The translations under genes and the position numbers were made by a program. The notes beneath the pieces are model-generated. The model did not search any database and was not told the origin of the DNA. It worked only from the letters and a program-made list of their open reading frames with translations. This document shows, one piece after another, positions 1 to 8,952 of a DNA stretch of 18,281 nt. The DNA comes from Bdellovibrionia bacterium (GTDB taxonomy: Bacteria > Bdellovibrionota > UBA1018): positions 1 to 18,281 of the forward strand of contig JBMSSC010000046.1 of NCBI GenBank assembly GCA_049424145.1, read 5' to 3'. The number at the start of each line of letters is the position of its first letter. Position 1 is the first letter of the stretch.

Positions 1-64
1 TCAGGCGTCTAACCCATCGTTTTCCATCCGACTCACGAGCTGCCAAGACATGAACTCGAACCAT
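1..64 (-). CDS. Possible N-terminus of a gene running off the window edge (MVRVHVLAARESDGKRWVRRL...)
   Basis: ATG at 64-62 lies 5 nt downstream of the beta-barrel stop and the frame stays open to the window edge. Too short to recognise. Confidence 0.25.
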   Translation of the reverse strand, partial: MVRVHVLAARESDGKRWVRRL

Positions 65-69
65 AGTGT

Positions 70-1170
70 TTAAAACCCCCTGATCTGAAACTGAACCATC
101 AACCTGGAATCAGCAACACTGGATTGGGAAGTTCCCACATCCACTGTTGAATAAGCAAAAGAAAGCTCGGATTTCGCCCGCTTAAAGCCTAACCCAGCTG
201 AGAGATGACGCCCTCTGAGCCCTCCCCGAAAAAAAAGCCAATTACGAAACGAAAGCTCGGCGCCATAAGCCATTCTTTGATCCAAGGAGGTGACCGAGGT
301 ATTTGTTGCATCGCGCAGTTGAGCCAAGAGGTTCAGTGCCGCATTGCGTCCAAAATGAGGGCGAAGACTGAAGGCCGCATCGAAGGTGGTGACGTCTGTC
401 GCAGGAACGCCTGAAGGAGAGTTGGTGAATCGATAAAGAACATTGGGAGAGTATTCGGTTGGAAAGGCATTTCTTGCCACGGCATGAAACCCAGGAGAAC
501 CGCTCACCGGAAGAACCATGCTGAGGCCAAAGGTTGAAGAAAGCGTAGTGCCCTGAAGCGCGCCGTCCAAGTAAGAGAAACTCGTTGTCCCTTGAGTTGT
601 ACCGGAATTCTGAGCTACACCCACGACTTGTAGGCTGTAACCCACTCGAAGGATTCCTCGAAATAACTGAAAACCCCAACCCATGGCAGGGATGAGCTGA
701 TACCGACTGCGATAGCTGACGGTTTGATCGGAGTTCAAGCGGGAGGCAAATTGCGTATCGACAAGAACCCCAAGAGCAAGCCCTCTCATTCCAACCCCCA
801 TGAACGCTGAGCCCCCTCCTCCGACGTACTGATCCGTAAGCGTTGAAATACTGGGCAACAAAGAGCCAGGAAAACCGGCTTCTGGCGTTCCAAGGTTAAA
901 CGTTTTTAGCAAATTCAGGTTAACGGTACCGGACCAATTCAGTAGTTCGTACTCAAAAAGCCGAATTCGACTGAGTTGCGCTGGGTTGTAGAATAATCCC
1001 GAAGCCAAATCATCGCCGACAGCAATTAAAGCATCGCCAAGAGCGTCGCCTCGAGCACTGACGTACCGAGACCCGGGAATCACATCGTCTCGCCCATGCG
1101 CCCCCTGAGGTAACAACCCCCACCCAGCCAGCACTAAAATCAACGCTCTTTTTTTAATCTCCCCAAGCAT
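70..1170 (-). CDS. Outer-membrane beta-barrel protein (FadL/TraF/PorV-like family)
   Basis: Start re-called at ATG 1170 (MLGEIKKRALILVLAGWGLL...AHG signal peptide; GAGGG upstream). N-terminal SARGDALGDA...LFYNPAQL motif is typical of FadL/TraF/PorV-like barrels. Alternating amphipathic strands and a C-terminal Phe (VQFQIRGF, BAM signal). Confidence 0.7.
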   Translation of the reverse strand: MLGEIKKRALILVLAGWGLLPQGAHGRDDVIPGSRYVSARGDALGDALIAVGDDLASGLFYNPAQLSRIRLFEYELLNWSGTVNLNLLKTFNLGTPEAGFPGSLLPSISTLTDQYVGGGGSAFMGVGMRGLALGVLVDTQFASRLNSDQTVSYRSRYQLIPAMGWGFQLFRGILRVGYSLQVVGVAQNSGTTQGTTSFSYLDGALQGTTLSSTFGLSMVLPVSGSPGFHAVARNAFPTEYSPNVLYRFTNSPSGVPATDVTTFDAAFSLRPHFGRNAALNLLAQLRDATNTSVTSLDQRMAYGAELSFRNWLFFRGGLRGRHLSAGLGFKRAKSELSFAYSTVDVGTSQSSVADSRLMVQFQIRGF

Positions 1171-1197
1171 CACCCTCTTATCGACGGAAGAAGCCCG

Positions 1198-1211
1198 TAA
1201 CTCATGAGTTA
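1198..1211. promoter_or_regulatory. Perfect 14-bp palindrome TAACTCATGAGTTA in the divergent promoter region
   Basis: The sequence is its own reverse complement and lies between the divergent starts at 1170 and 1338. Confidence 0.4.
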
Positions 1212-1251
1212 TTTTTTTCTCTATTTTTACTAAAATGAATCCAACATCCAT

Positions 1252-1278
1252 TAATCCTTTCTCAAAAAAAGCCGATCC
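1252..1278 (+). promoter_or_regulatory. Putative sigma28 (FliA) promoter for the HD-GYP operon
   Basis: TAAT-N15-GCCGATCC versus consensus TAAA-N15-GCCGATAA, about 60 nt upstream of the HD-GYP start. Confidence 0.45.
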
Positions 1279-1337
1279 ACTCTCAAGGCGATTCCATTTT
1301 GGATTCCCCATAAAACAGGAGCAAGAGCAATTCACCC

Positions 1338-1985
1338 ATGACCAGCATGGAAATACCCGATTGGGCCCTCAGCATCAGCGCAACTCTCCTTCAAGCTCTG
1401 AAGGAAAGAGATCCTTACACTTACGGTCACTGCCGTCGAGTGGCTCATAACGCTCGCCTTCTTGCTCAAGCGGCAGGATTAGATGAGACTCAGCAACGAA
1501 TCATTGAGTTTTCAGCTCTTTTTCATGATCTTGGAAAGATTGGAATCCCGGATCGAATCCTGCTGAAACCCCAAGGCCTGACTCGTGAAGAGGAGGCCAT
1601 CATGAAGCTCCATCCTGTAAAAAGCGTTGAGATCTTAAAGCCTTTAGAAGCGGTTCCTTTTTTTAAGTCGATTCTTCCGGGCGTACGACACCACCATGAG
1701 CGCATTGATGGAGCCGGATATCCCGATGGAATCGCAGGGTCAGCCATCCCGCTCAGTGCGAGGATCCTCTTGATCGCTGATACATTTGATGCCATGACCA
1801 CCACACGCCCCTACCGAAAAGGCTTCGATTTCAGCTTTGCCTATGAAGAGCTGAAGAAGTTTGCCGGTCGACAATTTGACAAACAGCTCACCCAGATTTT
1901 CCTCAAAGCACATCCCACTTGGAGACCCTACGACACTGAAATCACTGAGGAATTTGTATCAACCCGGTTCAAGCGAGCCGCCTAA
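1338..1985 (+). CDS. Stand-alone HD-GYP domain protein (cyclic dinucleotide phosphodiesterase)
   Basis: RDPYTYGH, FHDLGKIG (HD), HHHERIDGAGYPDG (GYP) and ADTFDAMTTTRPYRK motifs; no sensor domain. The start could be 1347. Confidence 0.93.
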   Translation: MTSMEIPDWALSISATLLQALKERDPYTYGHCRRVAHNARLLAQAAGLDETQQRIIEFSALFHDLGKIGIPDRILLKPQGLTREEEAIMKLHPVKSVEILKPLEAVPFFKSILPGVRHHHERIDGAGYPDGIAGSAIPLSARILLIADTFDAMTTTRPYRKGFDFSFAYEELKKFAGRQFDKQLTQIFLKAHPTWRPYDTEITEEFVSTRFKRAA

Positions 1986-1999
1986 CGTATTTCAATGCT

Positions 2000-2689
2000 A
2001 TGAACCCTTCCTCATCCAGCCTTCCCAAAATCCTCCTGATTGACCATCACCCCGACACGCGCAGATACCTGCAAGCCCGCCTCTCGCCCCAGTTTCAGGT
2101 GATGCTCAGCGAACAAGGCTGGGAGGGATTGCAGCTCGCCCGCGACCAGGTTCCCGATCTCATTTTACTCGATGCAAGCCTCCCCGTCTTCAATGGACTA
2201 GGTCTCTGCTCGCTGATGAAAAAAGAGGAAAAGCTCCAAACCATCCCCATTCTCCTTTTCCTTACTCAGCACTTAAATCCCACTCAAGCCATCCAGTGCG
2301 GTGCTGACGATTGGGTATTTAAACCCTTGGATTTCAACGACCTGGTCACTCGAATCCAAAAAAATCTAACTCTTGCGTCACAAAAAAAGCAGGCCGTGGT
2401 CATTGTCTCAGGATCTCTCACTTTCATCCAACTCAACCGAGAGGTGATCCACGCTCAGAAAAAAGTTAAACTCACGCCAACCGAGTTTAAGCTGCTTCGG
2501 CACCTGGTTTTAAAGAAAGATCAAATCGTCACACGGGATGAGATCTTAAGAGAAGTCTGGAATCATCATTTAGGTTCAGCCCAAGGGCGAACCATTGACG
2601 TCCATATTCGAGCGATTCGTAGAAAAATCTCCTCTCTTTCTCAGCACATCGTCTCGATTTATGGAGTGGGCTATCAGTTTAGAGAGTGA
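2000..2689 (+). CDS. OmpR/PhoB-family response regulator (REC + winged-helix), slightly atypical receiver
   Basis: PDLILLD phosphoacceptor and GADDWVFKP; C-terminal LTPTEFKLL, TRDEIL..VW, RTIDVHIRAIRRK and GVGY motifs. Confidence 0.92.
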   Translation: MNPSSSSLPKILLIDHHPDTRRYLQARLSPQFQVMLSEQGWEGLQLARDQVPDLILLDASLPVFNGLGLCSLMKKEEKLQTIPILLFLTQHLNPTQAIQCGADDWVFKPLDFNDLVTRIQKNLTLASQKKQAVVIVSGSLTFIQLNREVIHAQKKVKLTPTEFKLLRHLVLKKDQIVTRDEILREVWNHHLGSAQGRTIDVHIRAIRRKISSLSQHIVSIYGVGYQFRE

Positions 2690-2776
2690 CCCAAAAGAGC
2701 CCAATACCTCAAAAATTTAAAAAAAAATTGAAATTTACACATGAATACCGAAAAGACATCAAAGGACTGATCAATC

Positions 2777-4945
2777 ATGGCAGAGGTGCTTAAAAAATTC
2801 GGTCGCTACTTTCTACTGGACCTATTGGCCCAGGGGGGCATGGCTGAGATCTTTCGCGCACGCCTTGCTTCATCTGATGGAGCTGGGCGAATCATCGTCA
2901 TAAAAAGAATCCAAGGTGGCTACAGCACCAATCATGAATTTATCCAGATGTTTAAGTCTGAGATCAAAGTCACTATGGGATTTAATCATCCCAACATTGT
3001 GCAACTGTATGATTTTGGAGAAGAGGATAACCAACCCTACATTGCCATGGAATGGGTGGATGGGAGAAACCTAAGACAGCTCATGAACCGATTCTTGGAG
3101 CTCAAGAAGCCGTTTCCAATTGAGTTAGTGGCTCACATCATTGAACAAGCAGCAGCGGGACTCCATTATGCTCATAGTTATAAAGACAAAATTTCTGGAG
3201 AGGCACTCAACTTAATTCACCGGGACATTAGTCCTCAGAACATTCTAACCTCCTTTGAGGGGGGAGTGAAACTCATTGACTTTGGTATTGCTAAAACAAC
3301 GGCGAATATCGAGTCCACTCGCACAGGTGTAATTAAGGGCAAACCCAGCTACCTTTCACCTGAGCAAATTTCAGGAGAAGAGCTCGACGGGAGAAGCGAT
3401 CTATTTGCTCTGGGAGCTGTACTTTGGGAGCTCCTCACTGGAAAAAAACTATTCTCTGGGGATTCAGACCTAGCCGTTCTTAAGCAAATTGAGAGCGCAC
3501 AAACCCACGTTACGCCACCGTCCACGGTCAACCCAAAAGTTCCCAAAGAGCTCGATTACATTGTTTTAAAAACCCTTGCTAAGACCAGAGATAAGCGCTT
3601 TCAAACCGCAGAGGAATTACAGCGCGCATTACATAAGTTTTTATATACCTATAACCCTGACTTTAACCCGGCTGATCTGAGCTATTACGGACGTGAGCTC
3701 TTTAAAAATGAGCTTGTCGAAGACCGCAAACTCATCCAAAAACTCAGCGAAAAAGCCCAACGCCTTCTCACTTCAAATTCCCCTTCTGAACAGCCTCAAG
3801 AAAAGCAGAAACCGAAAGCTGAGACTGAATTTGAACTTGATCAAGAATCCTCAGACCTGAAAGCGGACATCCAGTCCAGTGGTAACCGAGCCATTGAAAT
3901 GGATAAAAATGAAAGGTTTGCTCGAGTTGACCTTGAAGCCACCGATGAGGATTTAAAGCTCATCAACCAGGAAAAAAGAACTCACCTCAAGACCCTCTCT
4001 CCGACACCCAACCCCATGAAGAATCGAAGCTCAGATCGGATCCTCTCTAAGCCTGGACAGAAGGAGCCGATCTCCCGTTCCTTTAGGCCCAAAAAAGAGC
4101 AGAAAAATTGGCTTGGAACCTTATTTATTTCTCTTCTTACTGTGGGCCTCATTGGAACGATCTTAGGGCCCACCATAAATATCGACATTCCCGTTCTATC
4201 GGCACTCATTGAGAACATAAGTGGATCTCAGGGGGCACGACTCACCTTGGAGGGACAAGAAAAGAACGTTTCAGTCTTCCTCAATGGTCAGAAGATAGCA
4301 GGAAAGCTTCCCATGACTCTCAGAAAGGTTCCGATTGGAATTCCATTTCAAATTGCCGTGACCAGTTCAGATGGACGAAGCTTTCAGCAGGAATTAACTT
4401 TAAAAAAAGGAGAGGCAAGAACCCTACCCATCACTTTGATCCCCATGCAGCGGCCCTCGACGGGCGGGGAAACTAAAGAGACAAGAAAAATTCAACTTAA
4501 GCTCAATATACTTCCTAAATTGAGTCAAACTAGAATCGTTCTGAACCAATCCGTGGTCGACCCCAATTACCCAGTCATCCAAGTTCCATTGGATACCCCT
4601 TTAGAACTGAGCATTGACGCTCCAGGCCATCTTCCCTACCGTCACACATTCTCTTTGGAGTCCAGACAGCTCTATGGTTTAAGAGAATGGCCCATGGAAA
4701 TCAACTTAGAATCAGGCCACAGTGGAATCTTAACCATTCATAGTGTTCCCAGCGCCGATGCAATTATTCAAATGAGTGGGAGCACCTGGAAGCGAAGAAC
4801 CCCCGTTGAGAATGAGAAGTTCCCTGCCGGCGTCTACCAACTTCAGCTCATCAATGAAGTGTTAGGCATGGAGAAGGTGGTTCGAATCTCCATTCAAGAA
4901 GGAGCAACGACAACAGTCGAGGAACGTCTCTCAGTCAAGAAGTAG
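2777..4945 (+). CDS. Membrane-anchored Hanks-type Ser/Thr protein kinase with extracytoplasmic PEGA-like beta repeats
   Basis: GGMAEIF, VIKRI, HPNIV, IHRDISPQN, IDFGIAK, GKPSYLSPEQ and DLFALG motifs. Charged linker, one TM segment (WLGTLFISLLTVGLIGTILG), and C-terminal beta-rich repeats (GILTIHSVP..., PAGVYQL). AAGGA RBS upstream. Confidence 0.93.
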   Translation: MAEVLKKFGRYFLLDLLAQGGMAEIFRARLASSDGAGRIIVIKRIQGGYSTNHEFIQMFKSEIKVTMGFNHPNIVQLYDFGEEDNQPYIAMEWVDGRNLRQLMNRFLELKKPFPIELVAHIIEQAAAGLHYAHSYKDKISGEALNLIHRDISPQNILTSFEGGVKLIDFGIAKTTANIESTRTGVIKGKPSYLSPEQISGEELDGRSDLFALGAVLWELLTGKKLFSGDSDLAVLKQIESAQTHVTPPSTVNPKVPKELDYIVLKTLAKTRDKRFQTAEELQRALHKFLYTYNPDFNPADLSYYGRELFKNELVEDRKLIQKLSEKAQRLLTSNSPSEQPQEKQKPKAETEFELDQESSDLKADIQSSGNRAIEMDKNERFARVDLEATDEDLKLINQEKRTHLKTLSPTPNPMKNRSSDRILSKPGQKEPISRSFRPKKEQKNWLGTLFISLLTVGLIGTILGPTINIDIPVLSALIENISGSQGARLTLEGQEKNVSVFLNGQKIAGKLPMTLRKVPIGIPFQIAVTSSDGRSFQQELTLKKGEARTLPITLIPMQRPSTGGETKETRKIQLKLNILPKLSQTRIVLNQSVVDPNYPVIQVPLDTPLELSIDAPGHLPYRHTFSLESRQLYGLREWPMEINLESGHSGILTIHSVPSADAIIQMSGSTWKRRTPVENEKFPAGVYQLQLINEVLGMEKVVRISIQEGATTTVEERLSVKK

Positions 4946-6434
4946 CCTCCAAAGCTTTTAGTAGCTTTGGAATGAATCCTCCAAAACCACCATTTGAAAG
5001 AACAGCAATCACGTCGTTTTTTCGGACCTGCTGGAGCACCGATTGAACACCATCATCCACCTCTTGAAAAACCCAGGCTTTTCGACCCATCTGGATTAAA
5101 TCCTGTGCCAGCGCATCGCTTGAGAACTGCTCCTCTCGGACGATTCGAGACTGATCAAAAGGAGAGGCAATAAAAATCAAATCCGCCTCTTCAAAGGCTT
5201 GAGCATATTCTTTTTGAAATATCTTTCTTCGAGACGTCGCCGAACGCGGTTCAAATATGGGAATTAATCTACGAGAAGGGTATTTGGCTCGCAGGGCACG
5301 CAAAGTCTCGCGCACAGCGGTAGGATGATGAGCAAAGTCATCAATGACGAGGACTCCTCCCACTTCGCCTCGAATTTCTTGACGTCGCTTAACTCCACGA
5401 AAGGTTTTCAGGGCATGCGCAATGACCGACTCATTGACTCCCAGTTGGCGTGCCTCAATCCAGGCTGAAAGCGCATTGAGCACGTTATGCATTCCTGGAA
5501 TCTGAAGTTCAATCTCAGCCACCTTCTTTTGACCCTCTAAGATCTCAAAGAAGCTCAGTCCTTGCTCAAAGCGAACTTGAGCGGGTGTGAACTGAGCATT
5601 GGCCTGCGGACGACTGCCGTACGTGATCACGGGCACTGAAGCGGAGCGGATGAGTTGACTCACAGACTCCCAGTCAACGCAGGCAATCAAACGACCCTGA
5701 GGGCGAATTCTGCGAACCAATCCCTCAAACGCTCGATAAACCGCCTGAAAATCCGGATAAATATCGGCATGATCATATTCAACTGAGGTTAAAATCACAT
5801 CATCAGGGCAGTAATGATTGAACTTTGGAACCTTATCCCAAAATGCCGTATCATACTCGTCTCCTTCGAGAACAAAAAGCGAGTGAGCTGTAGAGGCAGA
5901 AGAGGACCTATGGACGTCTGACACATGAAAGCTATTGGGAAGATCCTGAGAGACTCCACCGATGAAGTAACTTGGAGAAAGCCCGGCCTGAACTAAGATA
6001 TGAGCCAGCAGGCTTGAGGTTGTGGTTTTTCCATGAGTTCCCGCAACCACAAGGTTTCTAGTGTTTTGAAGCAGGAGATTTTCCATCACTTCAGGCAGTG
6101 AGCCATAGACATAGTTTTCATCAATCGCTGCACGGGCCTCAGGATTATCCGCACGAATCACATTTCCAATCACAACCAGATCCGGCTTTTGACCTAAAAA
6201 AGACAAATTTTCTTTTTGATAGCCGCCTAGCAGCTCCACTCCGGCTTGTTTTAGAACATCGCTCATGGGGGGATAAATATTCTGATCACTACCCGTCACC
6301 CGAATTTTTTGCCGTTTCAAGTAAGCGGCAAAAGACCCCATCAACGTCCCGCAAACACCAATGATGTGAACATGCTTCAGCGAACTGAGATTTAAAGAAG
6401 AAAGTTGAGCACCCATCAGACGATAATGACTCAT
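4935..6434 (-). CDS. mpl: UDP-MurNAc:L-Ala-gamma-D-Glu-mDAP ligase (murein peptide ligase)
   Basis: HIIGVCGTLMG, GSDQNIYPPMS, VAGTHGKTTT, EGDEYDTAFWDK, EYDHADIY, DDFAHHPTA, FEPRSAT and SNGGFGG are Mpl-type rather than MurC-type motifs. The start overlaps the upstream stop (GTGATG). Confidence 0.9.
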   Translation of the reverse strand: MSHYRLMGAQLSSLNLSSLKHVHIIGVCGTLMGSFAAYLKRQKIRVTGSDQNIYPPMSDVLKQAGVELLGGYQKENLSFLGQKPDLVVIGNVIRADNPEARAAIDENYVYGSLPEVMENLLLQNTRNLVVAGTHGKTTTSSLLAHILVQAGLSPSYFIGGVSQDLPNSFHVSDVHRSSSASTAHSLFVLEGDEYDTAFWDKVPKFNHYCPDDVILTSVEYDHADIYPDFQAVYRAFEGLVRRIRPQGRLIACVDWESVSQLIRSASVPVITYGSRPQANAQFTPAQVRFEQGLSFFEILEGQKKVAEIELQIPGMHNVLNALSAWIEARQLGVNESVIAHALKTFRGVKRRQEIRGEVGGVLVIDDFAHHPTAVRETLRALRAKYPSRRLIPIFEPRSATSRRKIFQKEYAQAFEEADLIFIASPFDQSRIVREEQFSSDALAQDLIQMGRKAWVFQEVDDGVQSVLQQVRKNDVIAVLSNGGFGGFIPKLLKALEATS

Positions 6435-7579
6435 CACTTACGGAGGTCAAGTCGAATCGCTTCATGAAATTGGGGTCGAAACTCTTTCATGAGCGAATTC
6501 TCGCGCGAAGGGTGAACTCGATTGCAGAGCAGAGCCACGGCAAGCTCGGCTTGTGGATCAATCCAAAGCGAAGTCCCCGTAAAGCCTAAATGTCCAACCG
6601 TCCCTGGTAGAAAGCGTAAACCGCAAGAGGAGGACTGAACTGAGGGAGTGTCCCAACCTAAGGTCCGCTCACATCCCTTCGGTCGCCTCTGACGAGTCCA
6701 CATCGGAACAAGCACAGAGTCCGTCAGAAAACCACACATCAACTGACGAGCCAAATGAAGGACATCACGAACGGGGGCAAAAGCTCCAGCATGGCCCCCA
6801 TAGCCGCCCATGGCCCAGCAGTTATCATCATGTACTTGGGCGTGAAGAAGACGTTTGCGCTCCGGGCACTGCTCGGTGGGAGCAACTCGCGTCAGAGGAA
6901 GCACAGATGAAGAGGGAGCGGCAGAGGTCACCCTCCAGTAGCGAGCTCCATCCAGACCCATCGGCCGCCAAAGCCAGCGACTCACGGCCTGATCTAAAGG
7001 AAGTCCCAGGAGCTCCTCCAAAACAAAACCTAAAAGGAGAAAGGAGAGATCCGAGTACAAACAACGGACATCGGGATCCACTTCAGGAGGCACAGAATAA
7101 ACGTGATTTCTCATGGCTTGCTGGCGCTTTTGGATACTGACCTGCTCAATGGGAATTGAAAACTCGCTCCAAAGCCCCTTCCAAAAGGGTTTCCATGCAG
7201 GAAAGCCTGCTGTATGAGCAAGGAGATGACGGATCTGAATCTTAGGGTACGGGTAATCCGGGAGGATCGAGCTAACCTGGGAGTCCCAAGAAATCCAGCC
7301 CCGCTCAACGAGCAAGGCCGTCAGAGGAGCTGTGGCCAAGACTTTGGTGACTGACGCCAGATCAAAGACTGTCTCAGGTTTCATGGGAGGAGAGGCGGGA
7401 TCCCAAGAATGAGACCCGGTGCAGGCGACCCAGATTTCATCAGGGAAGGATTTTTGCCATAACCCAGCCACAAATCCTGGAGCCACTCCACGAGAAACGC
7501 CCTGATTTAAAATCTCCCAGGTTTTTAAGAACTGCGGTTGCGGAAGGGATCTTGCGATCAACTCAGAGGCTTTTATCAT
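6434..7579 (-). CDS. Serine hydrolase, beta-lactamase/AmpC-like family (AmiE/NamA-like)
   Basis: FDLASVTK (SxxK), LLAHTAG, YSD, VHDDN...GHAGAF, GHLGFTGTSLWID and NRVHP motifs. No obvious signal peptide; translationally coupled to mpl. Confidence 0.88.
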   Translation of the reverse strand: MIKASELIARSLPQPQFLKTWEILNQGVSRGVAPGFVAGLWQKSFPDEIWVACTGSHSWDPASPPMKPETVFDLASVTKVLATAPLTALLVERGWISWDSQVSSILPDYPYPKIQIRHLLAHTAGFPAWKPFWKGLWSEFSIPIEQVSIQKRQQAMRNHVYSVPPEVDPDVRCLYSDLSFLLLGFVLEELLGLPLDQAVSRWLWRPMGLDGARYWRVTSAAPSSSVLPLTRVAPTEQCPERKRLLHAQVHDDNCWAMGGYGGHAGAFAPVRDVLHLARQLMCGFLTDSVLVPMWTRQRRPKGCERTLGWDTPSVQSSSCGLRFLPGTVGHLGFTGTSLWIDPQAELAVALLCNRVHPSRENSLMKEFRPQFHEAIRLDLRK

Positions 7580-7710
7580 TTAAAAGTCCCTCGAAGAAAG
7601 CAACTCTCTGTGATTTGAAACGGGTTCACCCAGCCCTGTTTTGCTCGAACCACACTCCCCCCCTCTCCATCCGCTAACCGGATTCCTGTTGTGAGCCGTC
7701 GATTCCTTTT

Positions 7711-8943
7711 TTAAATGATCAGATTCTCTCGGATCCACTCTCCTGTTTCAAATCGCCTTGCCGAAAGAGGCGCAAGATCCAACGTCTGATACTCCCCAAA
7801 GGCGATTTTCTCAGCCAACCCTAAGCCCACGCTGTAACTTTGCATCACGCCATGGCCCGAGAAAGAGTGCGCCTCAAATAAACGGCCTGAGGCCAGCGGT
7901 TGATTGGAGTGCACGGGACCCACAATTGCGCACTCATCCGGGGACACTTCATACAAACCGGCCCAACCGGTCACATGCCGCAGCTTTTCAAAAGCGGTGG
8001 AGCGTTCATAGAGAGCAGGCCAAATGAATTCTTGAAAAAACGACTCCCCATCGTACTGAAAATTCATTCCTGGAGGCTCAGAGGGTGTAGCAAAACCCGA
8101 GAGAACAGAGGTGGCTTCCGGATGAAAATAAACCCCCGAGGAATCGACAATCATCCCATAGGGGGTTAAATCCAGCTCTTTACAATCAAATAAGCAGACC
8201 TGCCTACGCAGGGGATAGGATGGAGTATGATAGCCTAAGATCTGAGCAATGGACTGAGCCCATGCGCCCGCACAATTAATCACTCGACGAGCACGATACT
8301 CGATGAAGGGTCTTTTTTGGGCTGAAGTGGGATCCTGGCAGAGGATTTCAGCCTTAATCTCGTCGGATAAAAGCGACTCAAGACGCTCAGCGAAGCATTG
8401 GACGTGATGTTCAGACCAACGAACCTGCTTCAGCAAGGTGCGATCATCAAACACCACACCTAAAGAGCGCGCTCGATTGCGGTAATGATTTTTCAATAAA
8501 TTTGGATTAATCAAACCATCACGGGGAGCAAAAAGCGCCCCATGAATCCCTTCGGTCTTATCAATGAAGGGAACTTTTTGAGCTAAAGCGTCTAAATCCA
8601 AGACTTCAACGGGCCAACCGTGGGCCAATTGAGTTTCACAAGCTCGCAGCGCGGCCTCCCATCGGTCCTTGTTATGGAGCCAAAGGTACCCACACGCTCG
8701 GTAGCCCACCTCTTGAGCCACCTGGGAGAAGTACTCAATGGAGCGTTTGGAGAGCTCAATATTTAAGGGTTGCACCCAAGTGGCACGAACGCCCCCCGCA
8801 TTGAGCTCCGAACTACTGAGAGAGCCCTCAAGATCCAGGTCAATCACCTGAATATCCTTGAGTCCCTGCTGTGCCAGGTGCATGGCTACACTGCTGCCGA
8901 TGAGCCCAGCCCCAATAATTAAGGTTTCCACTTCAACGATCAT
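7711..8943 (-). CDS. FAD-dependent oxidoreductase, DAO/sarcosine-oxidase-beta/FOXRED1-like family
   Basis: IIGAGLIG Rossmann motif, NAGGVR, VINCAGAW, WAGLYEVSPD and FSGHGVMQ. Confidence 0.88.
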   Translation of the reverse strand: MIVEVETLIIGAGLIGSSVAMHLAQQGLKDIQVIDLDLEGSLSSSELNAGGVRATWVQPLNIELSKRSIEYFSQVAQEVGYRACGYLWLHNKDRWEAALRACETQLAHGWPVEVLDLDALAQKVPFIDKTEGIHGALFAPRDGLINPNLLKNHYRNRARSLGVVFDDRTLLKQVRWSEHHVQCFAERLESLLSDEIKAEILCQDPTSAQKRPFIEYRARRVINCAGAWAQSIAQILGYHTPSYPLRRQVCLFDCKELDLTPYGMIVDSSGVYFHPEATSVLSGFATPSEPPGMNFQYDGESFFQEFIWPALYERSTAFEKLRHVTGWAGLYEVSPDECAIVGPVHSNQPLASGRLFEAHSFSGHGVMQSYSVGLGLAEKIAFGEYQTLDLAPLSARRFETGEWIRENLII

Positions 8944-8952
8944 GAAGCTTCT

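Noticed and set aside
1171..1335. 55-aa N-terminal extension of the barrel ORF
   Set aside because: Covers the AT-rich divergent promoter region; the signal peptide begins at ATG 1170.
2729..2754. Sigma28-like boxes before the kinase (TGAAATTT...ACCGAAAA)
   Set aside because: Several mismatches and off-consensus spacing in an AT-rich stretch.
4935..4945. 11-bp convergent overlap of the kinase and mpl 3' ends
   Set aside because: Short tail-to-tail overlaps are common and imply no special function.
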